A stretch of 50,479 nt of DNA from an uncultured bacterium (GTDB lineage: Bacteria; Patescibacteriota; Patescibacteriia; Patescibacteriales; UBA12465), in assembly GCA_903874345.1 (NCBI GenBank), contig CAIQRY010000064.1, positions 1 to 50,479 on the forward strand. The letters run 5' to 3'. The notes below the pieces were generated by a model, which searched no databases, was not told the origin of the DNA, and saw only the letters and a list, made by a program, of their open reading frames with translations. The number at the start of each line of letters is the position of its first letter. Position 1 is the first letter of the stretch. A program made the position numbers and the translations under genes. Positions 8,927-17,486 of this stretch are shown in pieces.

Positions 8927-11647
8927 ATGAAAATCCTAATCCATGGTCCAGCGAATCATATCTTTTCCAGAGTAATTTTGGAAAGGGCGCAGGCGCCTCA
9001 AGAAAAAACCACGGTCGATATTTGCGAATCGTGGTCTGACTTATTAGCGAGATTACCAGGCTTAAAAATGACGACCATTTTGCTTATCAACAAGAACGAA
9101 AAAGAAGCGAAAGAAATTATCGCTCTCCAACCGCAGTTGCGGATTCTAATGTGTCGCGGTGGGGAGAAAGAATTCCAACCGACCCTCACTTTGATTAATG
9201 CTGACGGCAATCATCAATATTTCCTTTTTGAAAATTGGGATGATTTTATTGGTAAGCTTAAAAAGACGCCATCTGATCCTTACCCTCTCTTGTCAGCCAC
9301 GACCGAAACCGATGTGTACCAAATCAATTATCAAAATTTTCCAGACTTAGCTAAGCGCCAGAAGAAAAGCGTCAACAAAAAATTCTTCTGGTTTTCAGTC
9401 TATTTCTCGAAAATCTATTTAAAATGGTTTGGTGACTGGATTGAAGAGGTGATGGCTAAGAAATGGCGCATTAATTTCCAACTTGCTGAAAAAGGGAAAA
9501 TTAAAAAACTGACCTTAGCTTTCGAAAATTTACTAAAGGGGGAACTAATTTTCCGGGAAGGTGAAAAAATATGTTTCGATTACGGCTATAATTACCGACG
9601 CGATCGAGCTTATAACAACCAAGAGACAACCCCTCTTGAGGGGTTAGTCCTGTCTGCCGATGAAGAGTCGCTGGAAGTGCTTTTTTCGGAAGCGGTGCCT
9701 CGCAAAACAATTAACCAAATCGAGACTATCGCTAAGGGCGGCAATATCCTGCAACAAGTTATCGAGCGTTATGGCAAAACTTGTTCTGGTTATGCCGACT
9801 TAAGCCCAGCTGACTACATTTATCTCGAAGACGACCATTATCATCAGCCCGAAGATTTTCTGCGCGGTTACTTGCCAAACTACAATCCCTTGCATTTACC
9901 GATTACCACCGTCAAATTAGACGGTTTGGCGCGCGCCGTCCTTCATGACCGCTCACAAACAGAAGCTTTGCTCGATATGCTCGGACCAAGCTTTATTTCT
10001 TTAGTTGAGGGTGGGCCAGGAACCGGTAAAACCTTACTCACGGCCGTTGCTGTTAAACAGTTTTTACGTTCCGGACGAATCGTTCTTCTGACTTCCCACA
10101 GTAATAAGGGGCTTGATAATCTCCTGGAGGCTCTCTTGGACCACATCGATCCAAAGCTGATTTTCCGTTTGGGTAATAACCCTCTCCTAATTACTTCCGA
10201 AAAAATCAAGAAGTTACATCGTCATTATCGCTATCAAAAAGAACGGGAAGCCGCTAAAAAGAGCCAGCAAGAAAAACCTTTAGTTTTTGGCCCCTTTAGC
10301 AATTATGCTCCCGACGAGTTTGATGAAGCGGCTTTCGATCTTGATCAAGAGAACGCTACTCTCTGGCCATTGATCTGCCAAGGGAAAAGCTTTGTTTTAG
10401 CTACGACCATTAACTCCGTAATTTTTGACCAGCAATTAGGCCGCTTACATTTCCAAAATAGTTCTATCTGGAATATGACGGCCTCTAATCTGGGCAAGGA
10501 CGAGGAGGACACGGAAAACAAAACTCTGGCCAACCAATTAATTGATATTCCGAAATCGGTAATTAAATTCCTGGCTGGTGATCTAAAAAAATGCCGACCG
10601 ACCTTTGCCATTGATGTAACTATCGTGGACGAAGCAACTAAGGCGCGCCTATTTGAACTTGTCCCAATCAGCAAACGAAGTAATTACAAACTGATTCTGA
10701 TTGGAGACACGGATCAATTAGGCAATGTAAACATTGCGCCGGAAGCAGCCAAGGAAATGCTGGAAATGGTTAGAAGTCAGTGCCAGTTTTCTTTAGCTAA
10801 ATCGACGGATACTCAGTTATGCCGTTTAAACGAAGCGCTCTTTCCGGATTTAGCCGCGGTTATTTATCCCGAACAGCTCGGTCCGCTCGATCATCCTCTG
10901 TCGTCGCAAAAAACCACAGGTCAGGAAATAAAAACCTGGTTTACTAATTTTTCCGAAGGCGTTTTTTCTTCCTTAATTAAAGCCGGACAATTGCCGAGTA
11001 ACCGCTTGGACGTTAACCGCCGTTCTTTGGAAGAAATCACGAAGTTCCTTAATTATGTCTTTCGGAAAAAAATGCGCGTCGGACGTTTCAACCCTTACTC
11101 GCGCGGCACTGTGACTTTCCTGGACGCTAAAGGCGGCCAAGAAGAGAGGATTAAAACCTCCTATCAAAACCGCCGGGAAAAAACCCTGGTCGTTGATGAA
11201 GTAATCAAATTTTTCAAACATCAGAAACAAAAAAACGGAGCGATTAATTTTGCTTCCTTGGGCGTTATTACTACTTATCGCGGTCAGATTACGAACATTA
11301 AGGAGCTACTTCGGAAACAATTGCTTTTTCACCCCCTCTTCAAGGAACTGGTTACGCCGGAAAATATCGACTCTGTCCTTAAAGAGATGATCAACACCGT
11401 TGATGCTTTCCAGGGTTCGGAAAAAGAAGCAATTATTCTTAGTTTAGTTCGCGCCAACGAAGAGGGTCGAATCGGTTTTAGCACAGACTTAAGACGTATC
11501 TACGTTGCTCTAAGCCGCGCCCGAGGCGATCTGATTATCATTGGTAGCTCACAAACCTTCTTACAAAGCCAAGGAACAAATATTAAAAAAATCTTTGGCC
11601 GGATCATTAAATTCACACAAACTAAAAAAACTTATAGCCGAAAATAA
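8927..11647 (+). CDS. Superfamily-1 Upf1/DNA2-like helicase with ~350-aa N-terminal extension (receiver-like fold plus barrel-like region)
   Basis: 906 aa. Walker A GGPGTGKT, Ia LTSHSNKGLDNLLE, Walker B TIVDEATKA, ITTYRGQ, motif V TVDAFQGSEKEAIILSLVR, motif VI RRIYVALSRARGDLIIIG. A long insertion lies between Walker A and B. Confidence 0.85.
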   Translation: MKILIHGPANHIFSRVILERAQAPQEKTTVDICESWSDLLARLPGLKMTTILLINKNEKEAKEIIALQPQLRILMCRGGEKEFQPTLTLINADGNHQYFLFENWDDFIGKLKKTPSDPYPLLSATTETDVYQINYQNFPDLAKRQKKSVNKKFFWFSVYFSKIYLKWFGDWIEEVMAKKWRINFQLAEKGKIKKLTLAFENLLKGELIFREGEKICFDYGYNYRRDRAYNNQETTPLEGLVLSADEESLEVLFSEAVPRKTINQIETIAKGGNILQQVIERYGKTCSGYADLSPADYIYLEDDHYHQPEDFLRGYLPNYNPLHLPITTVKLDGLARAVLHDRSQTEALLDMLGPSFISLVEGGPGTGKTLLTAVAVKQFLRSGRIVLLTSHSNKGLDNLLEALLDHIDPKLIFRLGNNPLLITSEKIKKLHRHYRYQKEREAAKKSQQEKPLVFGPFSNYAPDEFDEAAFDLDQENATLWPLICQGKSFVLATTINSVIFDQQLGRLHFQNSSIWNMTASNLGKDEEDTENKTLANQLIDIPKSVIKFLAGDLKKCRPTFAIDVTIVDEATKARLFELVPISKRSNYKLILIGDTDQLGNVNIAPEAAKEMLEMVRSQCQFSLAKSTDTQLCRLNEALFPDLAAVIYPEQLGPLDHPLSSQKTTGQEIKTWFTNFSEGVFSSLIKAGQLPSNRLDVNRRSLEEITKFLNYVFRKKMRVGRFNPYSRGTVTFLDAKGGQEERIKTSYQNRREKTLVVDEVIKFFKHQKQKNGAINFASLGVITTYRGQITNIKELLRKQLLFHPLFKELVTPENIDSVLKEMINTVDAFQGSEKEAIILSLVRANEEGRIGFSTDLRRIYVALSRARGDLIIIGSSQTFLQSQGTNIKKIFGRIIKFTQTKKTYSRK

Positions 11648-11658
11648 AAACGAAAATA

Positions 11659-11689
11659 AAAAAGCCCTGTTCATTGAACGGGGCTTTTC
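11659..11689. terminator. Bidirectional rho-independent terminator (helicase gene on +, small unit on -)
   Basis: GCCCTGTT (11664-11671) / AACGGGGC (11677-11684): 8 bp with one G-U pair and loop CATTG. An A-run lies before it and a T-run after. Confidence 0.65.
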
Positions 11690-11716
11690 ATTTGGTCGTT
11701 TGTAGTCTTACCCAAT

Positions 11717-11935
11717 CTAAGGAGGCTTCTTTGGATCCCTCCAGAGTGTCTCCGATCTTGGCTCGCTTGCGCATGCAGAAAATTGGGTTTGTTGACCGGC
11801 GTGAGGCCGAGTTTTGGTTTCAGTCAGAGACTGAAACGCCAACTCTTTTGGTGGCCACTCGCCAATCATCTGCCTGAAAATTTCAGGAAAGGCTACAAAC
11901 AGGGATGAAATAATGCGAAAGAACGGCTTCCTCAT
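11717..11935 (-). CDS. Orphan small ORF (72 aa), alternatively a structured ncRNA
   Basis: ATG at 11935 preceded by a perfect AGGAGG (11946-11941) at 5-nt spacing. It has its own TTGACA-17-TAAAGT promoter and a terminator. The product MRKPFFRIISSLFVAFPEIFRQMIGEW... has an amphipathic N-terminus and a polar tail, with no recognisable family. Confidence 0.4.
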   Translation of the reverse strand: MRKPFFRIISSLFVAFPEIFRQMIGEWPPKELAFQSLTETKTRPHAGQQTQFSACASEPRSETLWRDPKKPP

Positions 11936-11966
11936 GGTATCCTCCTTCCCGGTTTGGAATAATTAG

Positions 11967-11995
11967 ACTTTAAAGGAATCTAAAAAAAATGTCAA
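11967..11995 (-). promoter_or_regulatory. Sigma70 promoter of the orphan small unit (TTGACA-17-TAAAGT)
   Basis: Minus-strand TTGACA at 11995-11990, 17-nt spacer, TAAAGT at 11972-11967. Confidence 0.6.
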
Positions 11996-12019
11996 GAAAA
12001 AAGAAAATGAAAAATTGGC

Positions 12020-13033
12020 TTATTTTACGCTTAAAGTATTAATCATCATCTTAAAAACCGTGGGGTAAGCGACGCGACTATCAACCGCCGGAATATAAGA
12101 AATAATATAGACGCTCTTATGTTTCTTATCGGTCAAATAAAAGTTAAACCCGTCGCTACTCATCACCCCGTCCCAAGTCGCGGTCGTCTTAATCTGATCA
12201 TAAGTGACTTTTTCCGTTGGGAAAGCTTCGCTATACCAGCCCAGGATACTTTGCTTACTAGTATTGTCTTGAATAGAAATTTGAATTAAAGAGTCATCCG
12301 GCGCATTAAACAGCATCGTATTATCATTATTCAAAGATTTGACCGTCCAGGCTTTAGGATAAAGAACACTATAACCTAAAACCTTGCTAGTAGCGGTCGC
12401 GAGCGACAAATTCGCTCCTAATTTCCCGGTACCGGTTGGATTATAACCATTTAAAATCTCCGTTAAATCGCCGTAACTATTATTATTAGTATCTGTTAAG
12501 GCGGGGTTGGTGCCGAAAGCAGCCTCTTCTTCATCGTTTAAACCGTCATTATCCGTATCTATTAAGGGGGCGGCCGGTGTGGTCGTACTTAATTCTTCGC
12601 CTATAGGCGAAGATGAGGTCGCTCCGGAACTTGTGGCGTTTAAATCAAGAACGGTTGAAGAAGTAGCTAAGATCTCCGTTGTCGTCGCGATTAGTGATGC
12701 GCTAGTCGTCGCTGATGAATTATCTGTTTTTGGAGAAACTATTGGCGCGCTGACTAGAGACGTATTTGCATTATTTTTAGTCGCCGGCTTGATAATGTAA
12801 AGATAAGAAAAATAAAATAACAAACCAATAAAAATAACGCCGCCCCCAATAATCAAAATACCGACGGCCTTAAAATTATTTTTGCCGCTAATTTTTGGCT
12901 GAGGCGCTGTAGCCGGACCCGATAAACGATTCGTTGCCGGCATATTATGAACAACTAGATCGTCATGAATTTTTTTATCCACGTCAAGATCAGTTGCCGC
13001 ACTCAAATTTTTCTTTTTATTTTTACCAAACAT
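12020..13033 (-). CDS. Single-pass membrane protein: Ser/Thr-rich stalk, thrombospondin-type-3-like Ca-binding repeat, C-terminal PsbP/Mog1-like beta domain
   Basis: 337 aa. TM AVGILIIGGGVIFIGLLFYFSYLYII, S/T-rich linker, DTDNDGLNDEEEAAFGTNP...GYNPTGTGKL. The C-terminal LGYSVLYPKAWTVK... pattern is typical of small sandwich domains. It is the last gene of the surface operon. Confidence 0.75.
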   Translation of the reverse strand: MFGKNKKKNLSAATDLDVDKKIHDDLVVHNMPATNRLSGPATAPQPKISGKNNFKAVGILIIGGGVIFIGLLFYFSYLYIIKPATKNNANTSLVSAPIVSPKTDNSSATTSASLIATTTEILATSSTVLDLNATSSGATSSSPIGEELSTTTPAAPLIDTDNDGLNDEEEAAFGTNPALTDTNNNSYGDLTEILNGYNPTGTGKLGANLSLATATSKVLGYSVLYPKAWTVKSLNNDNTMLFNAPDDSLIQISIQDNTSKQSILGWYSEAFPTEKVTYDQIKTTATWDGVMSSDGFNFYLTDKKHKSVYIISYIPAVDSRVAYPTVFKMMINTLSVK

Positions 13034-13036
13034 AAT

Positions 13037-13234
13037 TTATAAACTAAGCAGGGCAAAAACAGTCAAAGCCACCACGACTAAAAACGCTATGCCGGTGACG
13101 AGCCATTTCTGCCAATGCTGGCTCGCGGTCGGCGGCATAGTATGGAGATTTAAAGATAAACGCGGCAGCGTTTTGGGCGCTTTGGAAGCATCCGGACGCA
13201 ACCGCGCTTGGTTGTTGGAAGGAGTATTAATCAT
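13037..13234 (-). CDS. Small tail-anchored membrane protein (65 aa)
   Basis: ATG start, C-terminal TM WLVTGIAFLVVVALTVFALLSL. Gaps of 3 nt and 17 nt to its neighbours. It shares an H(T/N)MP motif with the N-terminal tail of the next gene product. Confidence 0.5.
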   Translation of the reverse strand: MINTPSNNQARLRPDASKAPKTLPRLSLNLHTMPPTASQHWQKWLVTGIAFLVVVALTVFALLSL

Positions 13235-13251
13235 TTTAAGAGTTATGCAGT

Positions 13252-13917
13252 TTATTTGAGCCCAGACAAACGACCCGCACCATTCGGATTATAACCGCCA
13301 CTAACCTCGGCACCATCTAAGTAGCCGTCTCCGTCTGTGTCCGGGTTATAGGGATCCGTATGATAAACATTTATCTCTTGATAATCTGTTAAACCATCAC
13401 TATCCGAATCCAAAGTCGAACTTGCATCCAGGACGGTTGAGGTCGCCGTGGTCGTTGCCGTAATTTCCGGAATAGTCGAAGTCGGAACGGTCGTTAATTC
13501 GGTCGAGGTCGATAGTGTACTGGTTGCGATTGAAGTATTAGTGGTTTCGGCGGTTGAGCTGGATGTGGTGGTCGTCGTAGTTGTTGAATTTTGGTTCTGT
13601 TTTTGAGTAAGCGCTGTGGTACTAGTGCTAGACACCGCCGGTGTTTGACTCGAGGAATTAGTATTTTTGAAAAACTGCGAATAAACCAAGTAACCGATTA
13701 ATAATATAATTATAGCCACGATGGCCACGATGGCAATTTTAAACCAAGGGAGACCACCTTTTTTTTCAGTCTCTTCGGGAACTGGTCCTTCGGCGGAAGC
13801 CAGGCCGACTTTTCGGGTCGTAATATCACCGGCGCCACTGGGCGAAACCTTATCAGTTTCCGCGAATATATCATCAACTGTTTGATTGTTGGCAGAATTG
13901 GCGGTGTCGTTAAACAT
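13252..13917 (-). CDS. Single-pass membrane protein with Thr-rich stalk and C-terminal thrombospondin-type-3-like repeats
   Basis: 221 aa. TM WFKIAIVAIVAIIILLIGYLVY, poly-Thr (TTTTTTTSSS), DSDSDGLTDYQEINVYHTDPYNPDTDGDGYLDGAEVSGGYNPNGAGRL at the C-terminus. Confidence 0.75.
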   Translation of the reverse strand: MFNDTANSANNQTVDDIFAETDKVSPSGAGDITTRKVGLASAEGPVPEETEKKGGLPWFKIAIVAIVAIIILLIGYLVYSQFFKNTNSSSQTPAVSSTSTTALTQKQNQNSTTTTTTTSSSTAETTNTSIATSTLSTSTELTTVPTSTIPEITATTTATSTVLDASSTLDSDSDGLTDYQEINVYHTDPYNPDTDGDGYLDGAEVSGGYNPNGAGRLSGLK

Positions 13918-13949
13918 AAATTTATAAACTATTAATATTAACTCCCCTA

Positions 13950-13978
13950 ATTATAGCGAATAAAAACCGGCCTGGCTA
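13950..13978 (-). promoter_or_regulatory. Possible internal promoter (TAGCCA-17-TATAAT) ahead of the 221-aa gene
   Basis: It lies in the only sizeable (87-nt) gap of the operon. The -10 is perfect and the -35 is weak. Confidence 0.3.
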
Positions 13979-14004
13979 TATTTTAAAAATTGCCGCGGCG
14001 TGCC

Positions 14005-14310
14005 TTATTTTTGGCGAGGACTAATCGGTCCCAATTTGTCCGGATTAGTTACAATATCGCTTGTACTTCTAATTATCTTATAAACCATTAATTCTCCGTT
14101 CGCCCCGCGTTCAACGGCTTGAACTTGCGCCACGTCGGGCAAGCCTAAAGCTTGTTTCTCGGCCGTATTTAAAAATTCTGGCTTATAAGTCGTGTTTGAC
14201 GTGGTCGCGGGATTAGAATTATTTTTCTTAATTACAAGCACTACTCCTAAAACAACCAGAATTAGAATAACCAGCGCCCCGCCCAGTATCATTATTTTCT
14301 TATTTTTCAT
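14005..14310 (-). CDS. Small N-terminally anchored protein (101 aa)
   Basis: ATG start and TM IMILGGALVILILVVLGVVLVI followed by a ~65-aa polar domain. It starts 10 nt downstream of the 1051-aa gene. Confidence 0.6.
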   Translation of the reverse strand: MKNKKIMILGGALVILILVVLGVVLVIKKNNSNPATTSNTTYKPEFLNTAEKQALGLPDVAQVQAVERGANGELMVYKIIRSTSDIVTNPDKLGPISPRQK

Positions 14311-14320
14311 ATTTTATAAT

Positions 14321-17300
14321 TTATTGTTGATTGCCTGTGCAAGTTGTCGGATCGGAGGTGCAGAACTTTCCATACTGACCATTACAACAAACCTGGCCCG
14401 GACAACAATAAGTCGAACCACACTTTGGCGTTAACTCACTATTATTATAGCAAGTTCTATTACTCATACCAGAACCACAACAAGTTTGAGTATCTTTATT
14501 ACAGCATGGGCCATAACCGCAAGTTAATTTATTTTGGGTGGGGTCGGCCTGGCAGGCGCCACTACAACAAGTTTCGCTACCTTGGGTGCAGCAAGTATTA
14601 AATGCCGTGCCACGCGGGTTTTGACAAACATCATAAGAACTGGAAACTGCTTGATTAACGCACTTACAAGATAGCTGGCTTAAACATACATTATTCTTAC
14701 AGGTATACCCCGTCGGGCAAGAACAGCCGGTGGTCGCGCCGCAAAGATCACACCCGGTGTTATTATTATGACAATTCGGTTGGCCCGTACAATGTCCGGC
14801 CGGGTTGCACATCTGGTTGGCGGCGCAGGTGCCACAGACACCACCGCAACCGTCTGGGCCGCATTCTTTCCCAATACAATTTTGAGTGCAAGCACCGCAC
14901 CCTGAATCTTGAGACTCACAACCATTAAGCGGTTTACCGTCGCAATCATACCAACCCAAGTCACAAACACAAATATTATTCTGAAGGCTTTGATGCGCGG
15001 CGCAAGTGGGCGGCGTTGAAGAAGCCACACAATCATCCGCACAATTTGTAGTCGTTTCCATCGTGGTCGTGCCCGTCGCGGTCGGAATAATTAATTGGCA
15101 ATAACCGTCGCCGCAATAACCGCCGCCCGCCGCCGGAGACTTAAAGACGCAATAACTACCATTCGGAATTAGGAGTGGCGTTGTTGAACCCACGCCTGTA
15201 GTGCAACCGTATTGTTTATCAATACTTGAAGCAGCGGGAGATGTCGCGACACTAGCCGCGCCATCGCAATCTTCGAAACCATCATTATAGAAACCACCAC
15301 GGCCTTCCATATTCGGAACTTGCTTAAGACCGTCTCCGCAATAATCATTAATACTTAAAATAAAAGCCCGTGTCGAGGAAGCGCCATATTCATTTGTCGC
15401 CTTAATGATAATATTGGTACCGGTCGAAGTCGCAGTCGGTGTACCCGACAGATATGTAACGGTTGGCTGATGCGTTGCTGGTGGTAATGTAGTATTAATA
15501 GCTGAACTAGTTTTGATAAAAAAATTAAAAATCGCACGCGCTAAATTACCAAACGATTGTTTAAGGCTAACGGCCCTGCCATTTCCCGAACCGCTACTTT
15601 GTCCGCTAGCCAAACTTAAACCAGCCGGCAAGGGGCTGCTTGTATAACTCAAAGAATGATTACCGAATTGGTCAGAACCAAGCAAACAAGAGTAGCTGCT
15701 GTTTAAACGCGCGGCATTAGAACAATTAAAATCGACCGGTGGGTTATCAACGATAACATGAATTGTAAATAATTTAGTTGCAAATACGCCATATTTATCC
15801 GTCACCGTTATCTTATAGGTGAAATCCGTATTCTGATAAAAACGGAAAGTCGTCGCAATCAAACCATTATAATCAATTCGATAACTAGCAATACCAGCCG
15901 AAGTCATGATTTTGGTTAAACCAGCGCCATTTAAAAGATCGAAGGGGCCGGCTATTTTTACCACCGTATAAGCGGCACCTGGATTATTAATGTTGGCGCC
16001 GGAAAAAACAAAATTATAATCAAAAGGCACTAAAGGATCCAAAACAAATTCCCCGTCGGCGGCGGAAATAACCGGTGCTGGGTTAATAATTTTAAGCGGT
16101 GTGGTCGTGGTAAAAACGCCACCTTGGCCGTCGCTCACTGTTAAAACTGCATTATACGTTCCCGGATTCCCTGCTAAACTGGCATAGATTTTTTTCTGAT
16201 TCGGGTCAGTTGTATCTTTTAAAACCGGCGGATTATTTTGACTATTGTTTTGCCAGCCGGTCCAGGTTGTACCGGAAGGATTAAAATTCCAAGTTAAAGG
16301 ATTATTCTGATCATCAATCATTCGAACAAAACCATTAAATTCCTGACCAGCCACGCCCGTCAGCGATGAGGCGACCAAACGCGGCGGGGTATTGGTCGCG
16401 TTCCCACCGGAATTAATACCAGTTGCCGTGACGCAAGCTGAGGCCGCCGGATCATTAGGAGAAAAATGATAACCCAGCATGGGACTCGAAGCATCGCGAC
16501 TTTCCATAACGGCGCACAAATTATAATTTGAACCGTTTTTATCCGTTTTATAAACCAGGGCGTAGCTCCCAGCGGGAAGCGGTAAATAAGCCGAATTCGA
16601 ATTATAAACAAATTTCTTGAGTTCGGCGCTCCAACAAGTTATCGGATTATACCCCGGGCAGGCGCCTAAGCGATTAATCGGATCGGTAGTGGGTTGTGAA
16701 ATACTGAGCGTACTAAGCAAAGATTCTAACCAACTAGGCCAGACCGAAACACTATGCCCGGTTAAATAACTACCGGCCGAAAGCAGCGGATAAGCACCTT
16801 GGGTTTGCTTGTATTGAAATAATGCCTCTTTTATCTCTTCTAATCGCCCGACCCGTTTTAAATCGCGAGCAATTTTGGCTTTAACACTATCACAGAAAAA
16901 ATTAGTCGGGCAATCTGTATCCGTCAAACAATTTTTAGTGGTTGTGAGCTGACAAGAGCTCGAAGCAAGGTTCGCCGTAGCACAGCCCTGGTTCGCACCA
17001 CAATCAGCATCGCTCGCGCAACTTAAAGAAGAAATTGAGCAGCTCGGTAAAGGATTTGTGCTTTCCGGGATGTTGCTGTTAAATTTCCAATGCGCTACAA
17101 TTTGGCCCAAAATATCCACTGTCTTCGATTCCGAACTCTGATTATAAGAAATCAAATAAATATTGGAATAAACCAATTTACTAATCGGATCAACATTGGC
17201 GGCATTAACGTAAACAGTTCGGCCGTCACGAATCGCCTCATAGCCATCGACAATTAAGGCCTGCGGAGAACCACTAAACCCCTGACTCTCATACCAACGC

Positions 17301-17476
17301 TGAATACTATAATGATTTGGATTAGGCACGACCCGTACGGCAATAGCATCGCTCGATAAAGCTGCTTGACCTGACCCGCTAGCCCCCGTTGATTGGGCCG
17401 CAGAATATTTAAAAGCCAATAAAAAAGCAATAACGACAAAAACAGCGCCAAAAATAAGCCAATTTTTTTTCTTCAT
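14321..17476 (-). CDS. Large secreted/anchored Cys-rich adhesin-like protein (1051 aa) with an embedded pseudopilin-like segment and Ig-like repeats
   Basis: Signal/anchor MKKKNWLIFGAVFVVIAFLLAF. Residues ~198-328 read ARDLKRVGRLEEIKEALFQYKQTQGAYP...YALVYKTDKNGSNYNLCAVMES, matching the type IV pilin/GspG globular-domain pattern. Ig-like repeats are present (YNAVLTVSDGQGGVF, YKITVTDKYGVFATKLFTIHV). The C-terminal ~340 aa hold about 50 Cys (YCGDG...EDCDG, CGPDGCGGVCGTC). Confidence 0.9.
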   Translation of the reverse strand: MKKKNWLIFGAVFVVIAFLLAFKYSAAQSTGASGSGQAALSSDAIAVRVVPNPNHYSIQRWYESQGFSGSPQALIVDGYEAIRDGRTVYVNAANVDPISKLVYSNIYLISYNQSSESKTVDILGQIVAHWKFNSNIPESTNPLPSCSISSLSCASDADCGANQGCATANLASSSCQLTTTKNCLTDTDCPTNFFCDSVKAKIARDLKRVGRLEEIKEALFQYKQTQGAYPLLSAGSYLTGHSVSVWPSWLESLLSTLSISQPTTDPINRLGACPGYNPITCWSAELKKFVYNSNSAYLPLPAGSYALVYKTDKNGSNYNLCAVMESRDASSPMLGYHFSPNDPAASACVTATGINSGGNATNTPPRLVASSLTGVAGQEFNGFVRMIDDQNNPLTWNFNPSGTTWTGWQNNSQNNPPVLKDTTDPNQKKIYASLAGNPGTYNAVLTVSDGQGGVFTTTTPLKIINPAPVISAADGEFVLDPLVPFDYNFVFSGANINNPGAAYTVVKIAGPFDLLNGAGLTKIMTSAGIASYRIDYNGLIATTFRFYQNTDFTYKITVTDKYGVFATKLFTIHVIVDNPPVDFNCSNAARLNSSYSCLLGSDQFGNHSLSYTSSPLPAGLSLASGQSSGSGNGRAVSLKQSFGNLARAIFNFFIKTSSAINTTLPPATHQPTVTYLSGTPTATSTGTNIIIKATNEYGASSTRAFILSINDYCGDGLKQVPNMEGRGGFYNDGFEDCDGAASVATSPAASSIDKQYGCTTGVGSTTPLLIPNGSYCVFKSPAAGGGYCGDGYCQLIIPTATGTTTMETTTNCADDCVASSTPPTCAAHQSLQNNICVCDLGWYDCDGKPLNGCESQDSGCGACTQNCIGKECGPDGCGGVCGTCAANQMCNPAGHCTGQPNCHNNNTGCDLCGATTGCSCPTGYTCKNNVCLSQLSCKCVNQAVSSSYDVCQNPRGTAFNTCCTQGSETCCSGACQADPTQNKLTCGYGPCCNKDTQTCCGSGMSNRTCYNNSELTPKCGSTYCCPGQVCCNGQYGKFCTSDPTTCTGNQQ

Positions 17477-17486
17477 ATATATAAAC

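Noticed and set aside
7566-11647. Macrodomain - ClpP - Upf1-like helicase as a three-gene defence operon
   Set aside because: Each gene has its own recognisable promoter (7494, 8150, 8857) and a hairpin terminator after it. ClpP is a fully canonical housekeeping protease. Adjacency alone does not support a system. The helicase and macrodomain are reported separately.
11674-11877. 67-aa plus-strand ORF in the orphan unit
   Set aside because: Its TTG start lies inside the terminator hairpin of the helicase gene, and it has no promoter or RBS. The minus-strand reading, or an RNA, is better supported.
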